Origin: Candidatus Parcubacteria bacterium
GTDB lineage: Bacteria > Patescibacteriota > Minisyncoccia > Minisyncoccales > JAGMDC01
Assembly: GCA_023130975.1 (NCBI GenBank)
Contig: JAGMAD010000003.1
Location: 1,109 to 65,108 of the forward strand
Direction: 5' to 3'
DNA: 64,000 nt
Shown here: piece after piece, positions 27,626-36,655 of the stretch
Layout of the letters: the number at the start of each line of letters is the position of its first letter
How positions within the stretch are numbered: the first letter of the stretch is position 1
Position numbers and translations under genes: made by a program
Notes under the pieces: model-generated
What the model was told of the DNA's origin: nothing
Database searches by the model: none
Seen by the model: only the letters and a program-made list of their open reading frames with translations

Positions 27626-29308
27626 ATGTCTTTCAAAAACAAATCTCTAAAAATTGTCTTAGTAGTAGTTTTTTTATTTGCTTCAATTGGATTTTTTAAT
27701 CTCAATACTCCAACTGTAAGAGCAATGACAGCCGCAGAGATTGAGGCATTAATTGCTCAGCTTCAGGTCCAGATCACTGACCTTCAGAAACAGTTAGCCG
27801 AGATTACAGGTGAAGAAATGGTTTGGTGTCACGATTTCACTTTTAATTTAAGATATGGAGACGGATATGATGTAGCTGGAGCTACCGGCAGAGAAATTCA
27901 GGCTCTTCAAACCGCATTAATAAAAGAAGGATTCAAAAATCTTTCTTCAGAAAAAGCAAATGGATATTTTGGAGATTATACTGCTTCAGCGATAGTCGGT
28001 TTTCAGGAAAAATACAAGGAAGATGTTTTAGCTCCCTGGGGATTAGCCCACGGCACTGGCTTTGTCGGCTCAACTACCAAACAGAAATTAAATGAATTGT
28101 ACGGCTACAGAGTAGTGAAACCGTATATTAGAGTTCTCTTGCCCAATGGCGGTGAGGAATGGGTGAAAGGGAATACTTATCAAATTAGTTGGGATGCAAA
28201 GGGTTTAGACAAAGTAGTTATTGAGTTAGGTGGCTATGATGAAAATGGAAATCCAATTCGGCAATGGTACACAATTAATGAAGAAATTGCAGCTTATTTT
28301 GCTTCTTTGAAATTAGGATTTTATGAATGGAGCATTCCTTATGATATTGAAGAAAAATTTCAAACTCCTCCGACTAAGTACAAAATAAGAGTGAGAAATT
28401 TTGGATTACCCATTTCAACCAGCGACGAATCCGACAATTATTTCAGTATTGTAGAAAAACTTTGTGGCGATGTTAACTGCGACGGCAAGGTGAATATGGG
28501 TGATGTTGGTGTATTACGTAATTATGTGGCTCATCCCGGACAATCCACAATCTGCAGCGAGTGGGCGGCAGATGTTACTTGTGATGGGAACATAGATATG
28601 GGCGATGTGGTACTATTGCGAAATCATATTACTTACCCGGAGAATGATAAATGTGTTTTGAAATGTTGTGAGGATATAGATGGCTTAGTTGGTTATTGGA
28701 AGTTTGATGAAGGAAGTGGGATAACTGCTAAGGATTCTTCCGGAAGTGGTAATGACGGAATTTTAGTTAATAATCCTACTTGGGTAGATGGACAAGTTGG
28801 CAAGGCTTTAAATTTCGATGGTGTAGATAATTACATTGATTGCGAGAACGATTCGAGTTTGGATATCACTGACGCCATTACGATTGAGGCGTGGGTGAAG
28901 TTAAATGCATTAGGGGCATGGCAACATATCATAGGCAAACAAGGGATGTGGAGAATTAGTGGATATGATTTTCGTGTGACAATCAATAACAAATTGCAAT
29001 TTGCAACTCTCTCTTCCTTTTATGACGTAAATAGCGCAACCGCGTTCACAACAGGTGTTTGGTATCATGTGGTGGCTGTTCAAAGTGGAACGAGTTACAA
29101 AAAAATATATTTGAATGGCGTTGAAGACGGAATAAAGACAAATCCTGGCGCAATAGTTTCAACGTTATCATCTCATTTACAAATAGGAAGAGCTCCACTT
29201 TGGGATGCAGAATATTTCAATGGCACAATCGATGAAGTCAGAATTTACAACAGAGCTTTAAGTTCTGAGGAGATATTAGCCCATTATCAGTCGGGAATAA
29301 GTAATTAG
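27626..29308 (+). CDS. secreted multidomain protein: coiled coil + peptidoglycan-binding domain + dockerin-type repeats + LamG/concanavalin-like lectin domain
   Basis: Signal peptide. PG_binding-like GREIQALQTALIKEGF...GYFGDYTASAIVGFQEKY. Dockerin pair GDVNCDGKVNMGDVGVLRNYV / ADVTCDGNIDMGDVVLLRNHI. LamG: LVGYWKFDEGSG...ALNFDG...IDEVRIYNRALSSEEI. Confidence 0.7.
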   Translation: MSFKNKSLKIVLVVVFLFASIGFFNLNTPTVRAMTAAEIEALIAQLQVQITDLQKQLAEITGEEMVWCHDFTFNLRYGDGYDVAGATGREIQALQTALIKEGFKNLSSEKANGYFGDYTASAIVGFQEKYKEDVLAPWGLAHGTGFVGSTTKQKLNELYGYRVVKPYIRVLLPNGGEEWVKGNTYQISWDAKGLDKVVIELGGYDENGNPIRQWYTINEEIAAYFASLKLGFYEWSIPYDIEEKFQTPPTKYKIRVRNFGLPISTSDESDNYFSIVEKLCGDVNCDGKVNMGDVGVLRNYVAHPGQSTICSEWAADVTCDGNIDMGDVVLLRNHITYPENDKCVLKCCEDIDGLVGYWKFDEGSGITAKDSSGSGNDGILVNNPTWVDGQVGKALNFDGVDNYIDCENDSSLDITDAITIEAWVKLNALGAWQHIIGKQGMWRISGYDFRVTINNKLQFATLSSFYDVNSATAFTTGVWYHVVAVQSGTSYKKIYLNGVEDGIKTNPGAIVSTLSSHLQIGRAPLWDAEYFNGTIDEVRIYNRALSSEEILAHYQSGISN

Positions 29309-29350
29309 GCAGGAATAAGTAATAAAGAAGAAAGTTCGGGACTAAAATCC

Positions 29351-29446
29351 ATGGAAAATCAGTTATCCTCTATTGCTGATATAGTTTCTCAATTAGCAGA
29401 AAAATTAAAAGAATTGATGAAAAAACAAAGAAACTTACGAAAATAG
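29351..29446 (+). CDS. possible 31-aa helical micro-ORF (MENQLSSIADIVSQLAEKLKELMKKQRNLRK)
   Basis: ATG-to-TAG ORF below the track cutoff; no clear SD. Confidence 0.2.
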   Translation: MENQLSSIADIVSQLAEKLKELMKKQRNLRK

Positions 29447-29450
29447 ATTT

Positions 29451-29723
29451 ATGACTAAAGATGAGTTAATTCAAACAATAAGCAAAAAAGTTGGCTTGTC
29501 AAAAAGAGATGCTGGAGAATGTTTGACAGTAATTTTGGAAGAAATTACCAAGGCCTTATCCAAAGGAGAAGAAGTTATTTTAATTGGTTTTGGAAAATTT
29601 GGAATTAGCAAAAGAAAAGAAAGGATGGGTATTAATCCAAAAACAAAAAAGAAGATTAAGATTCCAGCAATGAAAATTCCGAAATTTAAACCAGGCAAGA
29701 TTTTAAAAGAAGCAGTGAAGTAG
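29451..29723 (+). CDS. hup: HU family DNA-binding protein
   Basis: MTKDELIQTISKK...GFGKFGISKRKERMGINPKTKKKIKIPAMKIPKFKPGK. Confidence 0.92.
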   Translation: MTKDELIQTISKKVGLSKRDAGECLTVILEEITKALSKGEEVILIGFGKFGISKRKERMGINPKTKKKIKIPAMKIPKFKPGKILKEAVK

Positions 29724-29728
29724 AAATT

Positions 29729-29761
29729 AAAAAACCGCTCAGAGTTGAAGAGCGGTTTTTT
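29729..29761 (+). terminator. intrinsic terminator of hup
   Basis: aaaaaccgctc-agagttgaa-gagcggtttttt. Confidence 0.85.
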
Positions 29762-29895
29762 AATTTTGTATTAGTGTGAGTAATTTGTAGTTAGGGATAA
29801 ATTTTTCGCTTTTTCATTCTATTTTTTTATCTATTCCGAATTACAAATTACAAATTACTAATTACTCAAATTTTGAGCGAAGCGAAAAATTTATG
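29762..29895. repeat. ~130-nt repeat element abutting a tRNA 3' end (copy 2 of 2)
   Basis: Homologous to 24052-24177. Ends with the aaattttgagcgaagcgaaaaattt hairpin directly next to tRNA-Gly. Confidence 0.65.
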
Positions 29896-29966
29896 AGCGG
29901 GTGAAGGGAATCGAACCCTCATCATTTGGTTGGAAACCAAAAGCTTTACCACTAAGCTACACCCGC
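29896..29966 (-). tRNA. tRNA-Gly (anticodon UCC)
   Basis: Acceptor GCGGGTG/CACCCGC, anticodon stem TTTGG/CCAAA, loop TTTCCAA, U73. Confidence 0.92.
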
Positions 29967-29968
29967 AT

Positions 29969-30039
29969 TCGGGGCGCCGAGATTTGAACTCGAACTAAAT
30001 CCTCCCAAAGGACTCGTGCTACCGTTACACTACGCCCCG
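29969..30039 (-). tRNA. tRNA-Pro (anticodon UGG)
   Basis: Acceptor CGGGGCG/CGCCCCG, anticodon stem AGTCC/GGATT, loop TTTGGGA (G37), T-loop TTCAAAT. Confidence 0.92.
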
Positions 30040-30293
30040 TAATACTTATTTTAATAAAATTTTTCCTTTTAGTCAATTTTTTACCCCGTAAAATCCTGAA
30101 AGCTCTGGACTTTAGGCCAGAGATGAAAGAATTAGAAAATACAATAAAGAAAAAGCCCTGTTCTTTAGGGCAGGGATATACGGGGTTTACTTGCTTAAAA
30201 CCAAATATTGACCAAAAGGCCTAAAGTCGACTTTGGACTTTGTGTCAATATCTAATATAGTGTATAATTATGGAAGAAGTGATATAATAAAAT

Positions 30294-30414
30294 AATGAAC
30301 TACCCCGCCCCGCCAGCTGGCGGGGCGGGGCAGACCTTCTCGCCTCGCTGAAGCTACGGCGAAGCGGGCGGGCAAGTTCTTTCGGCGGCGGGGATGAGAG
30401 CCGCCGAAATAAAA
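30294..30414. repeat. GC-rich structured element, copy A (conserved ends, variable internal hairpins)
   Basis: aatgaactacccc-[hairpin ccccgccccgccagctggcggggcgggg ...]-gggcaagttctttcggcggc-[loop]-gccgccgaaataaaa. The reverse-complement homolog lies at 50849-50954. Confidence 0.7.
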
Positions 30415-30416
30415 GC

Positions 30417-31367
30417 ATGAAAGCCAAAAATCTTCTTCAGCAATTAAATATCTTCAGACAATGTAGAAAATACGGACTGCCTCTTTGTGAATGTCCACAG
30501 TTTCTTTTCGTCATAATGGGCATTGTTATTATTATTACTGCCATTAGCACTTATTTGATTGGTACCCGTTATTTAGATAATCCGGAAACAGTGGCTTTAA
30601 TTACTCTTGGATTAGCAATAGTTTTATTTATCATTTCTTTTGTTATCAATAAAAGTTTGGAGAGATTAGCTGAAGCCAATCGGATGAAGACAGAGTTTGT
30701 GAGAATAGTTTCTCATCAGTTAAGAGCGCCTTTAACTAATTTAAAGTGGAGTATTGAAATGATGATATCCGAAGGATTAGAAAATGTACAGAAGAAGCAA
30801 TTATTAGATTTTATTAAAGCGTTAAAAGAGAACAGCAATAGAATGGAAGAATTAATAAGTGATTTATTAATTGTTTCCAGAATGGAAAAAGACGGAATTC
30901 CTGATAAGAAAGAGAAAGTTAATTTAGAAGAATTGGTAAAGAAATTTGTTTCTGAATTTAAGTCCTTTGCTGATTCCTTAAATGTTGAATTAAAGATTGA
31001 CTGCCAGAAAAATCTACCAATAGTTTTTATTGACCCGAGCAAGATTAAATTAGTTATAGAAAATTTTATAGATAATGCTCTCCGTTATACTAAAGAAAGA
31101 GGAACAATTGAGATAAGATTGAGAGAATATAGAAATGATATTTGTTTTGAAGTTAAAGATGAAGGTGTCGGAATTCCCAAAGAAGATCAAAAATATATTT
31201 TCCAGAAATTTTTCCGGGCAAGCAATATCTTAAAACACCAAACCCAGGGAAGCGGTTTGGGGCTGTTTATTGCTAAGTCAGTTATAGATAAGATGGGTGG
31301 CAAAATAGGATTTAAATCCCAAGAGGGAAAAGGTTCAGCTTTTTGGTTTAAAATACCAATTAAATAA
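30417..31367 (+). CDS. sensor histidine kinase (2 TM, HisKA + HATPase_c)
   Basis: H-box FVRIVSHQLRAPLTNL; N, G1 (DEGVGIP) and G2 (GSGLGL) boxes. Confidence 0.88.
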   Translation: MKAKNLLQQLNIFRQCRKYGLPLCECPQFLFVIMGIVIIITAISTYLIGTRYLDNPETVALITLGLAIVLFIISFVINKSLERLAEANRMKTEFVRIVSHQLRAPLTNLKWSIEMMISEGLENVQKKQLLDFIKALKENSNRMEELISDLLIVSRMEKDGIPDKKEKVNLEELVKKFVSEFKSFADSLNVELKIDCQKNLPIVFIDPSKIKLVIENFIDNALRYTKERGTIEIRLREYRNDICFEVKDEGVGIPKEDQKYIFQKFFRASNILKHQTQGSGLGLFIAKSVIDKMGGKIGFKSQEGKGSAFWFKIPIK

Positions 31368-31387
31368 ATCTACTAATTACGAATTTA

Positions 31388-31435
31388 TACGAATATACGA
31401 ATAGATTTTATCTTTTTTTAATTCGTATATTCGTA
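31388..31435. promoter_or_regulatory. 15-bp-stem hairpin between kinase and response regulator
   Basis: tacgaatatacgaat ... attcgtatattcgta, perfect inverted repeat with an 18-nt loop. Confidence 0.55.
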
Positions 31436-31460
31436 AGTTATTCGTAATTCGTAGGAGCTT

Positions 31461-31841
31461 ATGAAAACTATTCTATTTATTGAAGACGAGTCGGCTCTTC
31501 AAAAAACTTTTGGAAGAATCTTAGAAGAAGAAGGATTTGAGGTAATTTCAGCTTTAGACGGAGATGTTGGTTTGAAATTAGCTAATCCGCCGGCCGGCGG
31601 AAAAAAACCTGATTTAATTTTACTGGATCTTATTCTGCCTAGACGCAATGGCTTTGAGGTCTTGAAAGAAATTAAAGAAGATGAAGAGACAAAAGATATT
31701 CCTATTATTGTTTTAACTAATTTAGAAACAATGGATAATGTGAACAAAGCTCTTGAACTTGGAGCTACTACTTATTTAGTGAAAGCAAATTATAGTTTAA
31801 AAGAAGTCATTACAAAAGTGAAACAAACCCTCGGAGAATAA
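31461..31841 (+). CDS. response regulator, receiver domain only (CheY-like), with PPAGG insertion
   Basis: ILFIEDE...PDLILLDLILP...VLTN...K. No output domain. Confidence 0.88.
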   Translation: MKTILFIEDESALQKTFGRILEEEGFEVISALDGDVGLKLANPPAGGKKPDLILLDLILPRRNGFEVLKEIKEDEETKDIPIIVLTNLETMDNVNKALELGATTYLVKANYSLKEVITKVKQTLGE

Positions 31842-31842
31842 T

Positions 31843-33633
31843 ATGAGAGTGGAATCCAGACAACTAAAATCTTTTCTGCTTGACGCCAATATTGTTAATG
31901 AGTCTCAGTTTAAAGAAATTAAAAAAAGAGCGGAAAAGACAGGTCAAAAAATTGGTGATATTTTAGTCGCTGAAAAATTTATCAGCGAGAGCGATTTTAT
32001 TAAACTAGAGGCCTATATTTTAGGAATTCCCTTTGTTGATTTAGAAAAAGAAAGTATTTCTCCGGATATTTTAAAGATTATCCCTGAACCTATTGCCAGA
32101 ACTCATAATATCATTGCTTTTAGAAAAAAGGACAAAGAGCTGGAAGTGGCCATGCTTGATCCAGAGGACTTACAGACCATTGATTTTATCAGAAAGAAAG
32201 CTGGTTTAAAAATTTTACCGCGGCTGACTACTCCTAAAAGCATAAAAAAAGTTTTACAGCAGTATCAAAAAACCTTAAGAGCTGAATTCGGTGATATTAT
32301 AATGACTCAAGCCAAAACTGTTGGAAAGAAAGAAGAGAAAATTAAAGGAAAAGCCGAAGTTATAAAATCAATTAAAGAAAAAAAAGAGCTCGGGGGAAAG
32401 GAAGACCTTAAAAAAACAGCTGAAGAGCTGCCGGTGATAAGAATCGTAGATACTTTACTTAAGCATGCCATTTTGCAAAGGGCTTCTGATATTCATATTG
32501 AACCAACAGAAAAAGAAGTTATCGTCCGTTATAGAATTGACGGCATTCTTCATGATGCAATGACTCTTCCTAGACAAGCGGCTTCTGGCATCGTTGCTCG
32601 AATTAAGGTTCTGTCAAATTTAAAGCTAGATGAACACCGTCTGCCTCAAGACGGTCGTTTTAAAGTTGAGACAGAGGACTACAAGTATTCCATTAGGGTT
32701 TCTATTTTGCCGATTTTTGGCGGAGAGAAGATTGTTATGCGGCTCTTGTCAGAAACATCAAAAAGTTTTAGTTTAGAAGAATTAGGTTTAAGAGGAAGCG
32801 CCTCAGAGGATATTCAGACAAATATAAGAAAGCCGGTTGGTATGATTTTAGTAACTGGTCCTACTGGTTCTGGAAAAACAACTACTCTTTATGCTATTCT
32901 GGAAATATTGAATACTCCAGAAGTTAATATCTCTACTATTGAAGATCCCATTGAATACCAAATTCCCAGAATCAACCAGACCCAGGTGAGAGCGAAAATA
33001 GGATTAACTTTTGCTAACGGCTTACGTTCTTTAGTCAGGCAGGATCCAGATATAATTATGGTTGGTGAAATCAGAGACAATGAGACCGCTGGATTAGCTA
33101 TCAATGCTGCTCTGACCGGTCATTTGGTCTTATCTACTTTACATACTACTAATGCTGCTGGTGCTATTCCCCGTCTTCTTGATATGAAAGCAGAGCCATT
33201 TTTGATATCTTCTACCTTGGATATTGTTATAGCTCAAAGATTGGTCAGGCGGTTCTGTGCTGATAAGGAAGCATATAAGTTAAATGTCTCAGAAATAAAA
33301 AATTTAGAGGAATACTGCGATTTAAAAAAGATTTTAGAAATTTTAAAAAAAGAAAAAATAATAAAAGAGGAACAAAGCTTTGAAAATATTGAATTTTATA
33401 AACCCAAGTCATCAAAAAAATGCCCGGATGGCTATCAAGGGAGGGTGGGAATTTATGAAGTTCTTTCTGTTACTGAAAGTATAAAAGAATTAATTGTGAA
33501 AGGAGCCACTTCTGATCAAATTCAGGAACAGGCTCAAAAAGAAGGAATGAGAACAATGATTGAAGATGGCTTTGTCAAAGCTGCCCAAGGTCTTACCAGC
33601 ATTGAAGAAGTCCTACGGGTAGTCAAAGAGTAA
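31843..33633 (+). CDS. type II/IV secretion system ATPase (GspE/PilB family) with N-terminal MshEN-like domain
   Basis: Walker A GPTGSGKTTT, Asp box, Walker B, His box, tetracysteine-like region. Confidence 0.9.
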   Translation: MRVESRQLKSFLLDANIVNESQFKEIKKRAEKTGQKIGDILVAEKFISESDFIKLEAYILGIPFVDLEKESISPDILKIIPEPIARTHNIIAFRKKDKELEVAMLDPEDLQTIDFIRKKAGLKILPRLTTPKSIKKVLQQYQKTLRAEFGDIIMTQAKTVGKKEEKIKGKAEVIKSIKEKKELGGKEDLKKTAEELPVIRIVDTLLKHAILQRASDIHIEPTEKEVIVRYRIDGILHDAMTLPRQAASGIVARIKVLSNLKLDEHRLPQDGRFKVETEDYKYSIRVSILPIFGGEKIVMRLLSETSKSFSLEELGLRGSASEDIQTNIRKPVGMILVTGPTGSGKTTTLYAILEILNTPEVNISTIEDPIEYQIPRINQTQVRAKIGLTFANGLRSLVRQDPDIIMVGEIRDNETAGLAINAALTGHLVLSTLHTTNAAGAIPRLLDMKAEPFLISSTLDIVIAQRLVRRFCADKEAYKLNVSEIKNLEEYCDLKKILEILKKEKIIKEEQSFENIEFYKPKSSKKCPDGYQGRVGIYEVLSVTESIKELIVKGATSDQIQEQAQKEGMRTMIEDGFVKAAQGLTSIEEVLRVVKE

Positions 33634-33690
33634 GTAAATCAAAATGTCGGGTTTTAAATTCCCAGAGCCCGACATTAAACATTTTATTAA

Positions 33691-34698
33691 ATGCCAAAAG
33701 CGAAAATAAAAAAAAGGATTTTAACAGGTGACCGGCCTACCGGCCCCCTGCATCTCGGACACTATGTCGGCTCTCTGGAGAACAGAGTAAAGCTTCAGGA
33801 CAAATATGAATGCTTTTTTATTATTTCTGATTATGCATATATCACAGATCGTTTAGTTGAAACAAAAAAACTTAATAACAATGTTAAAAGTCTTGTTCTT
33901 GATTATTTATCTGTAGGCATAGATCCTAAAAAAAGCACAATTTATGTTCAGTCAAAAATACCTCAAGTTGCTGAATTGGCATTGCTATTTTCAATGATGG
34001 TAACCCTGTCTAGATTAAAAAGAAATCCAACCATCAAAGAAGAAATAAAAGATAGAGGTATCTCTAAAGTGAGTTATGGCTTTATGGGCTGGCCTATAAT
34101 CCAAGCAGCTGATATTCTTTGCGTCAGAGCAGATTTGGTGCCAGTAGGAGAAGATCAGGTTCCCCATATTGAGCAGACAAGGGAAATAGCCAGAGATTTT
34201 AATCGTATGTTTGGCAGAATTTTCCCTATACCAGAAGTATTAACAGGCAAGGTGGCACGCTTACCTGGTTTGGACGGAAGAAAAATGTCAAAAAGCTTAG
34301 GTAATGCGATTAATCTTTCTGATTCTCCAAAACAAATAAAAGAAAAAATTAACAGAGCAATAACTGATCCTAAAAGAATACACTCCTTTGACAAGGGTCA
34401 TCCGGAAATTTGTAATATATTCCAGTATTACAAAGCATTCAACAGGGAAGAGCTAAGTGAGATTAAAGAGAAATGTCAGAAAGGCAAAATTGGCTGTGTT
34501 GCCTGTAAAGAGAAAATGACTAAAGCCATAAATGAATTTTTAGAGCCAATACGGGAAAGAAGAAATTTTTATGAAAAGAAAAAAGATATTGTTAAAGAAA
34601 TTTTAAATTCTGGAAATAAAAAAACAGAAAAAGAAACAGCCAAGACATTAACATTAGTAAAAGAAAAAATGCATCTTGATTACAAATCTTTATTATAA
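33691..34698 (+). CDS. trpS: tryptophan--tRNA ligase
   Basis: GDRPTGPLHLGHYVG (HIGH), KMSKS, 335 aa. Confidence 0.95.
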   Translation: MPKAKIKKRILTGDRPTGPLHLGHYVGSLENRVKLQDKYECFFIISDYAYITDRLVETKKLNNNVKSLVLDYLSVGIDPKKSTIYVQSKIPQVAELALLFSMMVTLSRLKRNPTIKEEIKDRGISKVSYGFMGWPIIQAADILCVRADLVPVGEDQVPHIEQTREIARDFNRMFGRIFPIPEVLTGKVARLPGLDGRKMSKSLGNAINLSDSPKQIKEKINRAITDPKRIHSFDKGHPEICNIFQYYKAFNREELSEIKEKCQKGKIGCVACKEKMTKAINEFLEPIRERRNFYEKKKDIVKEILNSGNKKTEKETAKTLTLVKEKMHLDYKSLL

Positions 34699-34742
34699 AT
34701 TTTATAAATCCATTATTATCAATAACTATCGGTTGTTTATAC

Positions 34743-34804
34743 AATCCTGCGGTAAACCGCAGGATTTTTTGTTGTTGTTTCAGAGGAAATTTGCTAAATC
34801 CCCA
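34743..34804. repeat. island junction repeat R1: hairpin aatcctgcgg-taaa-ccgcaggatt + block ttgttgttgtttcagaggaaatttgctaaatcccc
   Basis: The same composite recurs at 37476-37535 and 39370-39430, with degenerate traces at ~41868-41910 and 48335-48350. Confidence 0.75.
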
Positions 34805-34863
34805 CACCAAAATTTTGGTAAGGAGGGTTTACGGCAGACATTTACCTCTTTGTTGAAAAGCTA

Positions 34864-34920
34864 TTGACAAACTTTGTTCTATTTGATAGATTGAAAATAG
34901 AACCTTTTCAATGATATATA
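34864..34920 (+). promoter_or_regulatory. sigma70-type promoter block P1 (TTGACA-N17-TAGATT with TG extension) + conserved downstream box
   Basis: ttgacaaactttgttctatttgaTAGATTgaaaatagaaccttttcaatgatatat; paralogous blocks at 37590, 39431 and 46207. Confidence 0.6.
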
Positions 34921-34964
34921 GGAAGATGGAGAGAAGGTTTGAATGAAAAAAGGGGGTGAAAAGA

Positions 34965-35126
34965 ATGGAAAAGAAAGAGAATGAAAAAGGACAAAGAGAA
35001 AGTATGCCGAGATTAGTTACAGTTGAAGAACGGAAAGGAGTTTTGGGTACCCTACAAAAGATATCTAATGACGAAGGAATTAGTTGCGTGCACTGTCCCT
35101 GCTATACATCGTGTACTCGATGCTGA
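34965..35126 (+). CDS. Cys-rich RiPP precursor peptide candidate (53 aa)
   Basis: MEKKENEKGQRESMPRLVTVEERKGVLGTLQKISNDEGISCVHCPCYTSCTRC. GGGGGTG SD-like box 5-6 nt upstream. Lies 78 nt upstream of the rSAM/SPASM gene. Below the ORF-track cutoff. Confidence 0.6.
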   Translation: MEKKENEKGQRESMPRLVTVEERKGVLGTLQKISNDEGISCVHCPCYTSCTRC

Positions 35127-35204
35127 TATCAAAGTAATAGTGGGCTTGTTAAATAATGAAAGTCCACTTATTTTTTTCTAAGAAAGAAAAAGGAGGTGAT
35201 TCTT

Positions 35205-36617
35205 ATGAAAAAATACAGAATTTCTCGTTTTGTGAAAACTTTTCAGTATAACGAGGTAGTTGCAGTATATCATTCTACCAACATGGAACTTTTGTTTTTC
35301 GATCAAATATCAGCAGAGAAAATCATCAAGCGTTTCAAACATCCCAACGATATTAAGGACCGCATTTTTCAATCCTCAAAAGGGACAACATCTCAAGATA
35401 TAATTTCCTTTCTTATTGAAAAACAGTTCCTAGTTCCTTGGGATTACGATGAGGTTCATGTCTTTCAGAAACAAGTACAGAAACTTCAAAGAGAGCGTTT
35501 TATCCGAGTGATGTATCTGATGCTTACAGATGACTGTAATTTTCAATGCACATACTGTTTTCAGAACAAAGATGAAATACAAGACCTTCAGGCAACCAGA
35601 ATGAGAAAAGATGTCTGTCAGGCAGCTATAGAACTTTTATCTCGAATGAACCAGAAATATCCTATTAATCCGAAAAGAGAGATAACTATTGAACTTTATG
35701 GCGGAGAACCCTTGTTAAACTTTCCCGCCTTAGTTGTAGCTACACTACATACAGAGTACCTTATTAAAAAAAATCGTCTACCGGTAAATACAAAACTTGC
35801 AATGGTAACTAACGGATCTTTAGTAACTCCTGAGATAGCCGAGTTTATTGCTGAACATCAAATTTCTATAGGAGTTTCTATTGATGGTCCAGGAGAGATT
35901 CACGATGTTTATCGTATTTCTAAAAATGGGAAGGGAACATCTCAACGAGCGATTGCTGCATATAGAATGCTTCAAAAAGCTGGTGCCGAAGTAGGGATAT
36001 CATGTACACTAACTCCTTTAGTAGTGGATCACTTTACAGAGATACTTGATTTCTTTGAGTACGAACTCGGATTGCAAAATGGATTAGCGTTTAACATTCT
36101 TCACTACAATCCAAAGATACCAGTAGACAAAACTTACTACAAGAAAGCCGCTGAATGTTTACTTGAGTCATTCTCACGATTTCGGGATAAAGGAATATGG
36201 GAAGAACGGATGATGAGAAAAGCACAATCATTTGCTTATCGGAAAATTATGTTTGCTGATTGTGCTGCAATTGGACACCAATTAGTTATTTCTCCTGATG
36301 GCAAGATAGGAATCTGTCCAGATTTTATCAAATCCCGTCGATTTTTTAACAATTCGGTCTTCGATAAATCTTTTGACCCCTACCAAAACAAGGACTTTCA
36401 AGAATGGTTAAGACGTTCTCCTTTGAATATGCCACAATGTTTAGATTGTGAAGCAATCGCTATCTGTGGTGGAGGTTGCCCGGCAAGTGCAGAAGCTCAC
36501 TATGGAAGTATGTGGGACGTTGATCAAAGAATCTGTCCTCATTCCAAAAAAGCATTAGAATGGCTTATTTGGGACACCTATCAGCGAGTGAAGCAACCTT
36601 TACAAAATACTACCTAA
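35205..36617 (+). CDS. radical SAM / SPASM-domain peptide maturase with N-terminal RRE(PqqD)-like extension
   Basis: AGGAGG 8 nt before the ATG. CNFQCTYC cluster, GGEPLL, C-terminal auxiliary clusters CAAIGHQ...CPDF...CLDCEAIAICGGGCPASA...CPHS. Confidence 0.85.
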   Translation: MKKYRISRFVKTFQYNEVVAVYHSTNMELLFFDQISAEKIIKRFKHPNDIKDRIFQSSKGTTSQDIISFLIEKQFLVPWDYDEVHVFQKQVQKLQRERFIRVMYLMLTDDCNFQCTYCFQNKDEIQDLQATRMRKDVCQAAIELLSRMNQKYPINPKREITIELYGGEPLLNFPALVVATLHTEYLIKKNRLPVNTKLAMVTNGSLVTPEIAEFIAEHQISIGVSIDGPGEIHDVYRISKNGKGTSQRAIAAYRMLQKAGAEVGISCTLTPLVVDHFTEILDFFEYELGLQNGLAFNILHYNPKIPVDKTYYKKAAECLLESFSRFRDKGIWEERMMRKAQSFAYRKIMFADCAAIGHQLVISPDGKIGICPDFIKSRRFFNNSVFDKSFDPYQNKDFQEWLRRSPLNMPQCLDCEAIAICGGGCPASAEAHYGSMWDVDQRICPHSKKALEWLIWDTYQRVKQPLQNTT

Positions 36618-36655
36618 TAGCTAGAATAAGATAATATTCTAGCCGTTTTTTTATA

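Noticed and set aside
34884-34905. ATAGA-N6-ATAGA direct repeats (11-bp phasing) in the island promoters as a response-regulator binding site.
   Set aside because: The first ATAGA coincides with the -10 hexamer (TAGATT) at the correct 17-nt spacing from TTGACA. Both response regulators in the window also lack DNA-binding domains. The downstream box may still be regulatory, but the tandem-site reading is not supported.
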